Positions 39,323 to 49,681 are shown, numbered from the stretch's first letter. The stretch is 64,000 nucleotides of DNA from an uncultured cyanobacterium (GCA_963740315.1 CAVUDP010000002.1:2912001-2976000); one strand, 5' to 3'. Made by a program: numbers and translations. The notes: generated by a model not told the origin, from the sequence alone.

Positions 39323-39760
39323 CTAACTCTCTTCCTTCACAATCATTTCTGCCAATTCTTGGGTATGCGTTCCTTCTTCTTCAATCATATTGCTAATAAA
39401 CTTTTCTATATCGCTGTTGCTACCTTTGAGCGCATCTAGCAGATTTTTATAAAGACCTAAAGCCTGCTTTTCATGTGCTAAACTTGCACGTAATATATCT
39501 TTTACAGAATAGTTTTCTAGCTCTGCGATCGGTGCAATACGCGCTTGAGGATTTCCATCAATACTTACTAAAACTTCTCCTACTTTTTGAGAATGAAATA
39601 GTGATTCTTCGGCTTGCTCTTTAAGAAAATGAACAATTTCGTTTCTATTACTACCGTTTACTATCAAAGAGTAAGTTGTGTAGCGAACAACTCCTGCTAA
39701 TTCAAACTCTAAAATTTGTTGCAGGAAATTAATGGCTTTATCTCGGTTAAATTGGATCAT
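39323..39760 (-). CDS. Ferritin-like (bacterioferritin-type) protein, paralog 2
   Basis: EFELAGVVRY, EES..H, HE..AL, EE..H. Confidence 0.85.
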   Translation of the reverse strand: MIQFNRDKAINFLQQILEFELAGVVRYTTYSLIVNGSNRNEIVHFLKEQAEESLFHSQKVGEVLVSIDGNPQARIAPIAELENYSVKDILRASLAHEKQALGLYKNLLDALKGSNSDIEKFISNMIEEEGTHTQELAEMIVKEES

Positions 39761-40211
39761 TTCAGTTATTACAAGTCTTAGTTTTTCGGTAAGATATCTA
39801 GACAAACGCAAGCAGCCAAAAATTGCAACAGTTCTAAATCAAGAACATCTGCACAAAATTCTCTAACTTTGAACGGCTTTGTTACTTCAAAAAATAATTT
39901 CTAGTACTATATAGAAATATAGAATTAGAATTTGCTAATATTTTGTACTGCAACGGCTAACAGTATCTATCAAATAAGTAATGCCATCAATAGGAATCTT
40001 TGCCGTCATCTAAATTGAATTAAGTCATCAACTTATTCTGATTCTGATTTATTGATTGACTTTTTATAAGTATACTTGTTTCAAAATATAAAGAAAGTAA
40101 TATTTTTACTAGTTAAGTCGGATATAAATTTCTTAAAATTCTCTCAATAAAAGGTTAAGAAAAAGTATTACTATTCTTAATTATATCGCCACCATTTGAA
40201 TTATATAATGT

Positions 40212-40406
40212 AGAGACGTAGCACTGCTACGTCTTCGCACCGTTACGTCTTCGCACCGTTACGTCTTCGCACCGTTACGTCTTCGCACCGTTACGTCTTC
40301 GCACCGTTACGTCTTCGCACCGTTACGTCTTCGCACCGTTACGTCTTCGCACCGTTACGTCTTCGCACCGTTACGTCTTCGCACTGCTACGTCTTCGCAC
40401 TGCTAC
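40212..40406. repeat. 16-bp tandem array (CGTTACGTCTTCGCAC x9 plus 2 variants)
   Basis: Exact units from 40241 to 40384; TGCTACGTCTTCGCAC variants at 40225 and 40385. Confidence 0.95.
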
Positions 40407-40464
40407 TCTCAAGTTGTGGTTTTTCAAATTTATAATTCTTTCTCTAAATAATTAAAACCTATTT

Positions 40465-41400
40465 TCAACTAACTGGAATTTTCTTTTTATTCTGAGGAGA
40501 AGTACCTGTAATACTGCGTAAATACAAACCTCCAACAGATAATAAAAACGATACGTAGGCAACAGCTTGAACTAAATACAAATGTTCCCTGTAGCCAAAT
40601 AACACTTTAAGAATTACTCCGGGAAACTTTTTATCGGGCAATACATTTGATGCGTTCCACACCATCGGACCTAATATACAAGAGTGAATTTTAGCAAAAC
40701 TTTGATTATAAAAACAAAGATCCCAAGCACTATCTGTAAGGGCTAAAGCAGCAAAAGCCTGGTCAAATTTGCGTAGCCCCCCAACGACTAATCCCGCAAC
40801 AATCAACACCAGAAAAATACCCATTACCTGGAAAAACTGACGAATATTGATTTTTACTCCCCATTTAAATATCAGCGCACCAATTAACATTGCAGTTGCG
40901 ATTCCAGCCACTGCGCCAATAGTAGGAACTAAACCTTCTTGAAAATTAGCAGCGAGAAATAAAACAGTTTCAAAACCCTCGCGCACGACAGCAATTAAAA
41001 CTAAAGTAAAAACCCCCCAACCTGCTTTAGAATCTGTCAAGGCATCCCGCACCGCTCCTTCAACTTCAGCTTTCATAAACTTAGCTTGCTTTGTCATCCA
41101 CAGAAGCATCCAGCTAAGCATTACTATAGCTATAACGCTGAATACTGCTTCCATCAAGGGTTTAACTATAGGAGCATATTGAGGATTGATTACCCCTGCT
41201 GCTTGAATTATCGAAGCAAATAATAATCCAATCAGCCCACTTACTACAATCCCAACACCTACACCAGCATATACCCAAGGATTAAGTCGGGATTGTTTCG
41301 CTTTCCCAAGCATTGCCAATACTATTCCAACGACAAGAGCCGCTTCAACTCCCTCTCGGAGAGTTACTAAAAAGGTAGGTAGGGCTGCACTAAAGTCCAT
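40465..41400 (-). CDS. FTR1/EfeU family iron permease
   Basis: Two REGxE motifs (REGVE, REGFE) and multiple TM segments. Confidence 0.95.
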   Translation of the reverse strand: MDFSAALPTFLVTLREGVEAALVVGIVLAMLGKAKQSRLNPWVYAGVGVGIVVSGLIGLLFASIIQAAGVINPQYAPIVKPLMEAVFSVIAIVMLSWMLLWMTKQAKFMKAEVEGAVRDALTDSKAGWGVFTLVLIAVVREGFETVLFLAANFQEGLVPTIGAVAGIATAMLIGALIFKWGVKINIRQFFQVMGIFLVLIVAGLVVGGLRKFDQAFAALALTDSAWDLCFYNQSFAKIHSCILGPMVWNASNVLPDKKFPGVILKVLFGYREHLYLVQAVAYVSFLLSVGGLYLRSITGTSPQNKKKIPVS

Positions 41401-41497
41401 TTTTTCAATTATCAATTATCAATTATCAGTTAGGAGTTAGGAGTTAGGAGTTAGGAGTTTATTTCTGCCCTACTCCCTACTCCCTACTCCCCTTCAG

Positions 41498-41935
41498 TTA
41501 GCTAAAATCGCGTAACATTTTTTTCAATTCGAGATTGTGCATCTCTTCTTGTCCAATCATATTACGAGCAAATTCTTCTAAATAAATGCTAGCATCTTCA
41601 ACTGTATGTAAAAGCTGTTTATACAGATCCAAAGCCTTTTGTTCGTGTGACAAGCTTTCTTCTAAGATATCCTTAACTTTATGCTTGTAGGTTTCTTCCA
41701 TCGGAGCAATTTTTAGGCTGGGATGCCCACCATCTATTCCTGTAACAATTTCTCCTACTTGTTGAGCATGAAGTAGTGATTCGGTGGCTTGCGCTTTGAA
41801 AAAATCCACAATTGGAATGCGATAGGGACCAGTCACCATCAAGGAATAATGCGTGTAGCGCACTACTCCTGCTAGTTCAAATTCCATGATGGCATTTAAG
41901 AGGTCAATTGTCTTTTTGTTGTCGAGTTCTTGCAT
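41498..41935 (-). CDS. Ferritin-like (bacterioferritin-type) protein, paralog 1
   Basis: EFELAGVVRYTHY, ESLLHA, HEQKA, EEMH. Confidence 0.88.
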   Translation of the reverse strand: MQELDNKKTIDLLNAIMEFELAGVVRYTHYSLMVTGPYRIPIVDFFKAQATESLLHAQQVGEIVTGIDGGHPSLKIAPMEETYKHKVKDILEESLSHEQKALDLYKQLLHTVEDASIYLEEFARNMIGQEEMHNLELKKMLRDFS

Positions 41936-42165
41936 CAGTCTATATGTGAAGAGTTTTATTCGTAGCGATTTATTGAGTTAATTGTTAGGAAAAAAACAGT
42001 GAAAATTAAAAGTTAAAAGTATTAATTGTAACTTCTGCTTTTTTACTAAAATCCTTCTGTTTTCATTCCTAACTTTTACTCAACTTTAACTGATTTTAAA
42101 CTCTTCTCAACTTTGTACTTGCTCAATGCGATCTGTTTTAACTATTCTCTTTGTTTGATGGCGCT

Positions 42166-42957
42166 TCAAGTTTTTATGACTTTCTGAGCATTTTCCTCGA
42201 TCGCATCTACTAATTTAGCTACTTCTTCTGGTGTTTTTGCAGGTGCGGATGGAGGAATGACGGCAGGCCAAGCTTTTGCTAATTCGCTCATGCTGCTTGT
42301 AATAGCTTTGTCTTCTTCTGAATGCGCTGTCTTCATTTGCTCGGAAATTCCTGCATACAAATCTTGAGCGTAAAGTACGAAGCCACGAGAATCTTGATAT
42401 TCAATATCTTCGACGATTTTACCATTAGCGATCGCCGCTTCATATTCTTCCTTGGCTGTATCTAACACGCGATCGACTACAGCCAGCACAAATTCGGGTT
42501 GATTGCGTTCGTTTTCACTTATTGCTGCGATCGCTCCATCCACTGCTTCCATTGATGATGCAAAGCTAGTTGCGACTTTGGCATCTTTGGGCTTGCTTTT
42601 TACCAAATCGTGCAAATTCTCTAAAGTGCTTTTAAATTCCTTGACGTTCTTTTCTTTAAGTTGACTTTCTACATCGCTATAAATTTCCTCAACCGGATGC
42701 CCGATATGAGGTTCAGCCTGTTTCGGCTCGTTTTTATCTAACAATTCTTTCGCAACCAAAAGATGTCCTTTCATTAATGACATTTTGGTCATATATCCCA
42801 CATCTTTTGCTTCACCACTTTGATTAGCTTGGGTTTGAGCTACTGGAGCAGTTATCGGTGTGTTTTCTGCCGTGGGAGTATTGTCACCAAGGCAAGAACT
42901 CAGGGTAACTACGGCAAAAGCCGCAGCAGCCAAACATATGTAGCGAAGTGGTTTCAT
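42166..42957 (-). CDS. Helical lipoprotein, putative periplasmic iron-binding component
   Basis: Lipobox LSSC; GHL, H.GHP.EEIY, EYQDSRGF; position in the iron cluster. Confidence 0.7.
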   Translation of the reverse strand: MKPLRYICLAAAAFAVVTLSSCLGDNTPTAENTPITAPVAQTQANQSGEAKDVGYMTKMSLMKGHLLVAKELLDKNEPKQAEPHIGHPVEEIYSDVESQLKEKNVKEFKSTLENLHDLVKSKPKDAKVATSFASSMEAVDGAIAAISENERNQPEFVLAVVDRVLDTAKEEYEAAIANGKIVEDIEYQDSRGFVLYAQDLYAGISEQMKTAHSEEDKAITSSMSELAKAWPAVIPPSAPAKTPEEVAKLVDAIEENAQKVIKT

Positions 42958-43042
42958 TCAAGGCTCCTATAAGTATTTTCACTTATGTCAATTGTTTCTA
43001 TTTGACAGGTTGACGTTTTTTAACATTTGGTCATTATGCATC

Positions 43043-43062
43043 TAATGCAAGTTATTATCAAC
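43043..43062. promoter_or_regulatory. Putative Fur box
   Basis: Minus strand TTGATAATAACTTGCATT upstream of the lipoprotein gene. Confidence 0.45.
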
Positions 43063-43108
43063 AATTTGATATATTTAATTGAAAAAAATTAATAAATAAC
43101 CAATATTT

Positions 43109-44113
43109 TTAGGATCGATCGCTTCTCTCGATGACTTCAAAATTACCCATGCAGCCATGCTCTGCGGTTATGTCTTGATGGGGATGGAACATATATTTAC
43201 CTGGATATTTGTATGAAAATTCCAAAATATGTCTTTCCGCAGTTCCCATCGTAATCACATCGGTTTCGTAACTGGGCTTTAAAGTCATTCCAGTGGGATA
43301 AACCTTAAAGAAATTGGCATGGATGTGAAAAGTCACCGCTTCATCAAACTCAATCATATTCAGTACATACAGCCGCACCAACTGATTTTGATAGATTCGG
43401 ATGGGATGGTCTAAATAATATTCAGGTATGCCGTTGAAAGCATAAAATTCGTTCTTGCGATCGCCATTAGTGTCATACCCAGCCATTATCAACACCATTT
43501 CATCTGCCAGGGGACGAGGTGATGGTGGATCTACGATAAACATCCCGTACAAACCTTTAGCAATATGACGGGTGACTGGTTCTATATGACAGTGGTAAAG
43601 GTGAACTCCATAAGGTTCTGCGGTAAATTCGTAAATCGTTTCCTTGCCATTCGTTACCGGGCGAACCCCATCTGATGAAGCCGGATGGGTACCGTGAAAA
43701 TGCATTGAGTGCGAATGTCCCCCTCGATTGTGGAAGATAATCCGAACGCGATCGCCAACCTTAGCCCTCAACGTTGGTCCGGGTACTTGCCCGTTATAAG
43801 TCCAAACATTGAAAGAAACGGCGCTATTTAAATCTATCGTCTCATTTGTCGCAGTTATGCGAAATTCTCGGACTTTACGACCGTTTTCCTCTTTAATTGT
43901 GCCGTAGTCAAAATCTCTCAATACCCTCATCGGGTTCGGTCGATCGGAAGGTATATCGGTATCGATTGGCGGTATTTTGCGCGATTTGCTTTGAGAATTA
44001 ACTGAAAGCCAAAGTAATCCTGCACTCGATGCACCAGCCCCTACCAATCCCAGCTTCAGAAATTGACGACGGCTCCAAATTTGATCTTTGTTCGGAACAA
44101 AGCGATTGGACAT
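43109..44113 (-). CDS. Tat-exported two-domain multicopper oxidase
   Basis: SRRQFLK; HSMHFHG; YHCH..H....L; FHIHA; FHPH. Confidence 0.92.
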   Translation of the reverse strand: MSNRFVPNKDQIWSRRQFLKLGLVGAGASSAGLLWLSVNSQSKSRKIPPIDTDIPSDRPNPMRVLRDFDYGTIKEENGRKVREFRITATNETIDLNSAVSFNVWTYNGQVPGPTLRAKVGDRVRIIFHNRGGHSHSMHFHGTHPASSDGVRPVTNGKETIYEFTAEPYGVHLYHCHIEPVTRHIAKGLYGMFIVDPPSPRPLADEMVLIMAGYDTNGDRKNEFYAFNGIPEYYLDHPIRIYQNQLVRLYVLNMIEFDEAVTFHIHANFFKVYPTGMTLKPSYETDVITMGTAERHILEFSYKYPGKYMFHPHQDITAEHGCMGNFEVIERSDRS

Positions 44114-44139
44114 ACTATTGCTATTGCTAAAACTCTTTA

Positions 44140-44158
44140 GTTGATAACTATTTTCAAT
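44140..44158. promoter_or_regulatory. Putative Fur box
   Basis: GTTGATAACTATTTTCAAT, an imperfect 19-bp palindrome about 27 bp upstream of the MCO start. Confidence 0.6.
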
Positions 44159-44265
44159 TATTATTCGAGACTGAGTATAGATTAATTAGGATCTATTGTC
44201 AATTAATAGCAGATACTTCTTGAAGATGTACTCCCGTCTCACTCCTGGCGATTACCTATAAAATT

Positions 44266-44383
44266 TCTCCCCCCTCTTCCCCCTCTCCCCCCTCTTCCCC
44301 CTCTCCCCCTCTTCCCCCTCTTCCCCCTCTTCCCCCTCTCCCCCCTCTCCCCCCTCTTCCCCCTCTCCCCCCTCTTCCCCCTC
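44266..44383. repeat. Pyrimidine-rich tandem array (CCCCCTCTT/CCCCCTCTC)n
   Basis: Seen directly. Confidence 0.9.
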
Positions 44384-44766
44384 ACTCAACGCCAGTAATC
44401 ATAGAGCCGGGAAGGGAGTAGTTTTATTTGTAATCCCTAAGCATTTGTAGAGAGTCTTTTTGTTTTTAGAAGTAAAAAATATAAATAGAAAGCAGCCGTG
44501 AATTTAATCATTATCTAAATAGTATAAATAAAAATCATAAATCTAAAAATACATCATCAATTACTTGTATTAATAATGTATGCGATCTTACATATTTAGC
44601 AATCCTTTTATTTTAGAAAATTCAGCTATAGAACATATTTTACAAGGGTCAAAAATATAAATACTTATCAGATAATTTTACAAAATAAAATTAATTTACA
44701 ATTTGCAAACAAAGTATATTTTCAGATATTAAATTGATATAAAAACATACGATATTGCTACGTAAA

Positions 44767-44783
44767 ATGCCCCCGTAGGGGAT
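44767..44783. promoter_or_regulatory. Putative InrS/CsoR-type operator
   Basis: ATGCCCCCGTAGGGGAT, a C-tract/G-tract in otherwise very AT-rich promoter DNA. Confidence 0.45.
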
Positions 44784-44871
44784 TGTATTGGACACAAAAA
44801 TTATGTTTTATTTTAATAATCTACGTAAGTTTTTTACGTTTTTTTAGTAATAAATAAAACTTCTCTCCACT

Positions 44872-45798
44872 ATGCATATTCCTGATGGGTTTGTTTCCGT
44901 ACCTGTAGCTGCGGCTACTACCATAGCGAGTGTGGCTGGGCTGGGTATAGCTTTAGGTCGTTCAAAAGATGCCTTTGGTGTTCGTCGCGCTCCGGTTTTA
45001 GGCTTAACCACCGCTTTTATTTTTGCGGCACAAATGATTAATTTTCCTGTAGCAGGGGGAACTAGCGGTCATTTATTAGGTGGAGCTTTAGCGGCAATAG
45101 TGCTAGGTAGCCCTTGGGCGGGTGCCTTATGTATTGCCACCGTATTAATTATTCAGGCAGTACTGTTTGCCGATGGTGGAATTACTGCCTTGGGCGCAAA
45201 TATTTTTAATATGTCATTCATTGGAGTTTGGGTAGGTTGGCTTTTAACTCAAACTTTGCATCGAGTGTTTGGAGGTTCAAAAAGCCGATTACCTTTAGCT
45301 GGTGGCATTGCGGCGGCTGTAAGTGTAGTAGCTGCGGCGATTTTTGCAGCGATTGAATTAGCAATTTCGGGTACTGCAAATTTAGCGGTAGTTTTACCGG
45401 CAATGGCAGGAGTACATATTTTGATTGGTGTCGGTGAAGGTTTAATTACCGGAGGTGTGCTGACTTATTTAATCAAGGCAAGACCGGATTTGTTACCGGG
45501 GAATGATGAAGAGCAGATTCGCGGTTGGGTTGTTCCGGTGGTAAGCATTTTTCTGATTGCTGGATTGCTATCTTTGTTTGCTTCGGCTTGGCCAGATGGT
45601 TTGGAAAAAGTAGCTGAAGACAGTGGCTTTATTGACTTAGCGGAACAAGTAAGGATTTCGGTACCAACACCTTTTGCAGACTATACATTAAATCAAAACG
45701 AGGGTATCGGTACAAGTATTGCTGGAATTATTGGAAGTATAGTTTGCTTCGGCGTTGCGTGGGGTATTGCACAAGTAGTTAAACCAAAGAATGCTTAA
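44872..45798 (+). CDS. nikM: ECF Ni/Co transporter S component (NikM/CbiM fused to a PDGLE domain)
   Basis: MHIPDG N-terminus, GTSGHLLG, PDGLE. Confidence 0.85.
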   Translation: MHIPDGFVSVPVAAATTIASVAGLGIALGRSKDAFGVRRAPVLGLTTAFIFAAQMINFPVAGGTSGHLLGGALAAIVLGSPWAGALCIATVLIIQAVLFADGGITALGANIFNMSFIGVWVGWLLTQTLHRVFGGSKSRLPLAGGIAAAVSVVAAAIFAAIELAISGTANLAVVLPAMAGVHILIGVGEGLITGGVLTYLIKARPDLLPGNDEEQIRGWVVPVVSIFLIAGLLSLFASAWPDGLEKVAEDSGFIDLAEQVRISVPTPFADYTLNQNEGIGTSIAGIIGSIVCFGVAWGIAQVVKPKNA

Positions 45799-46453
45799 AC
45801 TTCCTCTGACTTTACGATTGCAGCTGTCTTTAATAATTGTCATTGGAGCAGCTTTTCTGAAATTAAATGCTTGGTATTGGCTGGCTGCTTATGGAATAAT
45901 TGCGGTTTGTTGGGCTGTATCATTGCGCGTACCAGTTCGCAAACTAACAGGTTTATTAGGTTTAGAACTGATATTTTTATCATTTTTAGCCTTACCTTTA
46001 GGTTGGGAACGAGCTAGTTTTTTGTTAGTTCGTTCTTTGGTGTGTTTGTTAACAATGAATAGCTTTTTGTTAACTTTACCGCCTCACAGTTTCGGTATTG
46101 CTCTCAAAGGTTTACCTCTGCCGATGGCTTTCAAAGAAACTTTACTTTTAGCCGGACAATATTTAGAAATTTTGCTCGGAGAGGTAACTCAAATGCAGCG
46201 TAGTGCAAAACTTCGCGGTTTGAACGGTACAACTGGATGGGTTCGTTACGCCAACGCTTCGATGATTGGGGCTTTGTATCTCCGCAGTCTCGATCGCGCC
46301 GAACGAGTTTACGCTGCAATGATCGCTCGCGGTTACAACGGAATGCTACCCATTGATTCGCCACTGAGAATGAAAGAGCGTTTTGCTTTGATAGCGATGA
46401 GTATTTTAGCTTTAACTTTGACTGTCGCTTCTTATCTGTTACCTCTTAAATAG
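45791..46453 (+). CDS. ECF transporter T component (NikQ/CbiQ)
   Basis: RSLDRAERVYAAMIARGY. Confidence 0.9.
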   Translation: MLKLPLTLRLQLSLIIVIGAAFLKLNAWYWLAAYGIIAVCWAVSLRVPVRKLTGLLGLELIFLSFLALPLGWERASFLLVRSLVCLLTMNSFLLTLPPHSFGIALKGLPLPMAFKETLLLAGQYLEILLGEVTQMQRSAKLRGLNGTTGWVRYANASMIGALYLRSLDRAERVYAAMIARGYNGMLPIDSPLRMKERFALIAMSILALTLTVASYLLPLK

Positions 46454-46596
46454 CTAATTTATTGCTCAAAAATTGATTTGTTTCAGACGTTGTATTTGCC
46501 GTCAATGGCTGAGTTAGCAACGTCTTTTATATGTCAAAACAATGCCCAATTCCCCATTCCCCATTTTTTCCTATATCTAAAAACTCACAATTAACC

Positions 46597-47319
46597 ATGC
46601 AAAATCCAGCAGTTATAGTTCAAAATATTGCCTATGCTTATTCTAATCGAGAGCAAGTCTTGCACGATATTTCTTTTACATTAAATGCCGGAGAAAGAGT
46701 TGCATTAATGGGTCCAACTGGTTCTGGTAAAAGCACTTTGTTAGAAAATTTGATTGGTTTAAAACAACCATCAAAAGGCAAAATTATCATTAACGATATT
46801 CCATTAGAACCGAAAACCTTACCAGAAGTACGGCGCTATATTGGGTTTGCTTTTCAAGATCCTAACGACCAATTATTTATGCCCACAATATTAGAAGATG
46901 TTGCTTTTGGTCCTCTTAATTACGGCGTACCAATAGCAGAAGCAAAAGATTCAGCGCGAAAATTATTAATGGACTTTGGCTTAGAAGCTTACGCCCAACG
47001 TTCCGCACACGAACTTTCTGGGGGACAAAGAAGACTTGCAGCTTTAGCAGCAATTTTAGCTTTAAACCCTGATATATTGATTTTGGATGAACCAACTAAT
47101 GGGCTTGACCCCTCATGGCGGCGTAATTTAGCCCAAGTACTGTTAAATTTACAAGTAAAGGTAATATTAGTTGCTTCCCACGACCTACATTGGTTAGGTA
47201 AAGTTACCGATCGCGCTTTGGTTCTTTCGGGAGGTAGAATACACGTAGATAGCGATATTCACCCACTTTTAGAAAATAGCGAGACTTTAGAAAATTTGGG
47301 TTTACCAGTAGGTTGGTGA
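46597..47319 (+). CDS. ECF transporter ATPase (NikO/CbiO)
   Basis: GPTGSGKST, FQDPNDQLF, LSGGQ, ILDEPT. Start uncertain (46531 or 46597). Confidence 0.92.
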   Translation: MQNPAVIVQNIAYAYSNREQVLHDISFTLNAGERVALMGPTGSGKSTLLENLIGLKQPSKGKIIINDIPLEPKTLPEVRRYIGFAFQDPNDQLFMPTILEDVAFGPLNYGVPIAEAKDSARKLLMDFGLEAYAQRSAHELSGGQRRLAALAAILALNPDILILDEPTNGLDPSWRRNLAQVLLNLQVKVILVASHDLHWLGKVTDRALVLSGGRIHVDSDIHPLLENSETLENLGLPVGW

Positions 47320-47371
47320 TAATCTTTAACAGTCTACTCACACAGCAAAAAACCATTGGAGAAAATATTGG

Positions 47372-47689
47372 ATGAATAGATTTGACAATATTGAAATTGA
47401 CCTTAAGACTGTCGATCTAAGTTCTCTTGATACAGATGAGGATTTTCGTAAAGAAGCGCAGCGACTACTACCACAAGCATTAGTGCAAGTAGGAGAAGCA
47501 ATGGCTGAGAAAACCTGGGAAGAATTACAAAAAGATATGCAAAAATCCGGAATGAAAGCTGGTGCTTCTCAAAGTGCTAAACGTAAATTTGTTCAAGAAA
47601 CAAAAAGAACCTATCAACGGAATGCTAGTAGTAGAGATAAGCGAGAACTTGAAGATTATATTGTAGAGAAACTTCATCAATATAAATAA
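47372..47689 (+). CDS. Hypothetical protein
   Basis: 105-aa ORF with a GGAG RBS-like site; helical and charged. Confidence 0.7.
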   Translation: MNRFDNIEIDLKTVDLSSLDTDEDFRKEAQRLLPQALVQVGEAMAEKTWEELQKDMQKSGMKAGASQSAKRKFVQETKRTYQRNASSRDKRELEDYIVEKLHQYK

Positions 47690-48035
47690 TTAAATGTTTA
47701 AAAATATTTAACTTTTAATCAGTTAATAGAACTATGGAGGCATCATTTTGAGATGCCCCTACTAATATAGTTTTGGTTAAATATTCTCTATTTAAATTTT
47801 ATAATTAGTGAATTTAAGTTTTGAATTAATTCAGAATGGAGCAATTCATTTTTCGTAGCGTAGATACCATACCAGATCCGGTAACGAAGACGGGAGCTAT
47901 AGGAGCAATGGAATCCATCTGGACTTACACGACTTAGATGGAAATTTAATCGATATAGCAAATTACTGGAACAGTTAACAAAATTAGTGAATCATCGGAT
48001 ACGATGATTTCGGTACTGCTCAAAGTAGACTATTA

Positions 48036-48515
48036 ATGTTTAATTGGAATAAATATAACGTAATTGCTTGCGTAAACTTGAGCTTGGCTTTGCTGATTAC
48101 TGGTTGTAACGAAAGCAAGGTAGCTCAGTGTCAGCGACTTATTAAAGCTGTTAATCAAGGAACTTCTCTGATTGAAAAAAACAAAGGCTCCCAAGTAACA
48201 TTAAGCTTGGGACTAGCCAAGGATTTGGAAGATGTTACCAAAAAAATAAAAGGTCAAAACTTCAAAGATCCAAAACTCGAAGATTTCAAAACCCAATCTG
48301 TCAAACACTTTGAAACTTTCAGTAAAAATATAAAATCCGCAGCCGTTGCCCTTGGTTCAGCTAAAACAGCCAAAGTCTCCTCAGATGGTAGAGAACAAGT
48401 CCGAAAAGCTAAAAAAGATATAGAAACGCACCTCAAGCTAGTTTCAGATACTGCTAAAGAATCTGATACTTTAGCAAAGGAAATGAATCAGTATTGCAGT
48501 CAAACCGAAGAATAA
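48036..48515 (+). CDS. Hypothetical lipoprotein
   Basis: Lipobox ITGC; K..QC..L and C-terminal YC. Confidence 0.75.
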   Translation: MFNWNKYNVIACVNLSLALLITGCNESKVAQCQRLIKAVNQGTSLIEKNKGSQVTLSLGLAKDLEDVTKKIKGQNFKDPKLEDFKTQSVKHFETFSKNIKSAAVALGSAKTAKVSSDGREQVRKAKKDIETHLKLVSDTAKESDTLAKEMNQYCSQTEE

Positions 48516-49006
48516 AAAATTGGGCATAGAGTATGGGGCATGGGGGATTGTGAATAACCAATTCTCGGATTATCCCTCCTTCCCTCCTTATAAAGGGGGG
48601 TTAGGGGGATCTGAAAGTCTGTGGTTTTATTTATGACTTGGAAAACATCCTCTAACTCTTAACTCTTAACTTCTAACTCCTAATTCTTAACTCCTAACTC
48701 CTAACTCCTAACTCCTAACTTCTAACTCCTAACTTTTCTTCCGGGTACAAGATATAAGTTAACGAACAAAACCTGTGTTAACTATCACTAATGCTAATTA
48801 GTTTCTGGAATACAATAAATGAAAGATGAATTACATATTATAGCTAGTAGCAAAGATTACTCTTTCATCAGAGAGTAAAGCAGATTACAAATTATTTGTT
48901 CTACTAAGTTTTTCTCAGAATTACATCAGGATGTGCTTGTCATTAATTATTTATTGGTAGTCGGTAATTTTTAAGAATCATCACCCGTGTCTTATAAGGA
49001 AACAGC

Positions 49007-49681
49007 ATGAAAACAGAAGTAATTGAATTAATAGCCAGAGTTATCCAAGTCTTACAAATAAATATACGTTGGATGACTTGGAATCTTTTTCTAGCTTTTA
49101 TACCTTTAGTTCTGAGTATTTGGCTGTTTCGTCGTCCAAAACGCAGTCGTTCTTGGGTTTGGTGGTTGGGATTTGCAGTTTTCTACGCTTTTCTGCCAAA
49201 TGCACCTTATTTGCTAACTGATGTAATCCATTTAATAGACGATATTCGGACAATTCAGTCGGTGTGGATAATTACCTTGGTACTAATTCCCGTTTATCTG
49301 GTAGTGATTTTAGCTGGATTTGAAGCTTATGTAATCTCTTTAATTAACATGGGCTATTACCTGCACCGAATTGGTAAAAGCCAATGGATTTTGGGTATGG
49401 AATTGATTACTCACGCTTTATCTGCCATTGGTGTTTACTGGGGAAGATTCTTACGTTTTAACAGTTGGGATTTTGTCACTCAACCGGATGCCGTAATTAC
49501 TCAAGGTATAGAAGAAATTTTGGGCAAGCAGCCATTAGTAATTATAGGTATTAGCTTTGTTGTACTTACTGCACTGCACTGGTTGATGAAACGAATAACT
49601 TTGGGCTTTACCAGACAAGGATACAACGATATAACAAACTCCTCCTCAGCCTCTTTTACACCAAAAACCTTCGATGAATAA
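49007..49681 (+). CDS. DUF1361 membrane protein
   Basis: WNLFLAFIP, FLPNAPYLLTD.IH, GRFLRFNSWD. Confidence 0.88.
   Translation: MKTEVIELIARVIQVLQINIRWMTWNLFLAFIPLVLSIWLFRRPKRSRSWVWWLGFAVFYAFLPNAPYLLTDVIHLIDDIRTIQSVWIITLVLIPVYLVVILAGFEAYVISLINMGYYLHRIGKSQWILGMELITHALSAIGVYWGRFLRFNSWDFVTQPDAVITQGIEEILGKQPLVIIGISFVVLTALHWLMKRITLGFTRQGYNDITNSSSASFTPKTFDE

Noticed and set aside
40212..40406. CRISPR array
   Set aside because: Head-to-tail 16-mers without spacers.
44384..44871. Cobalamin riboswitch before the ECF transporter
   Set aside because: Very AT-rich; no B12-box or conserved core recognisable.
2268..47319. Coordinated B12 gene island (radical SAM, cobB, nrdJ, ECF transporter)
   Set aside because: The genes are 10-20 kb apart in unrelated operons, so co-location is probably coincidental.
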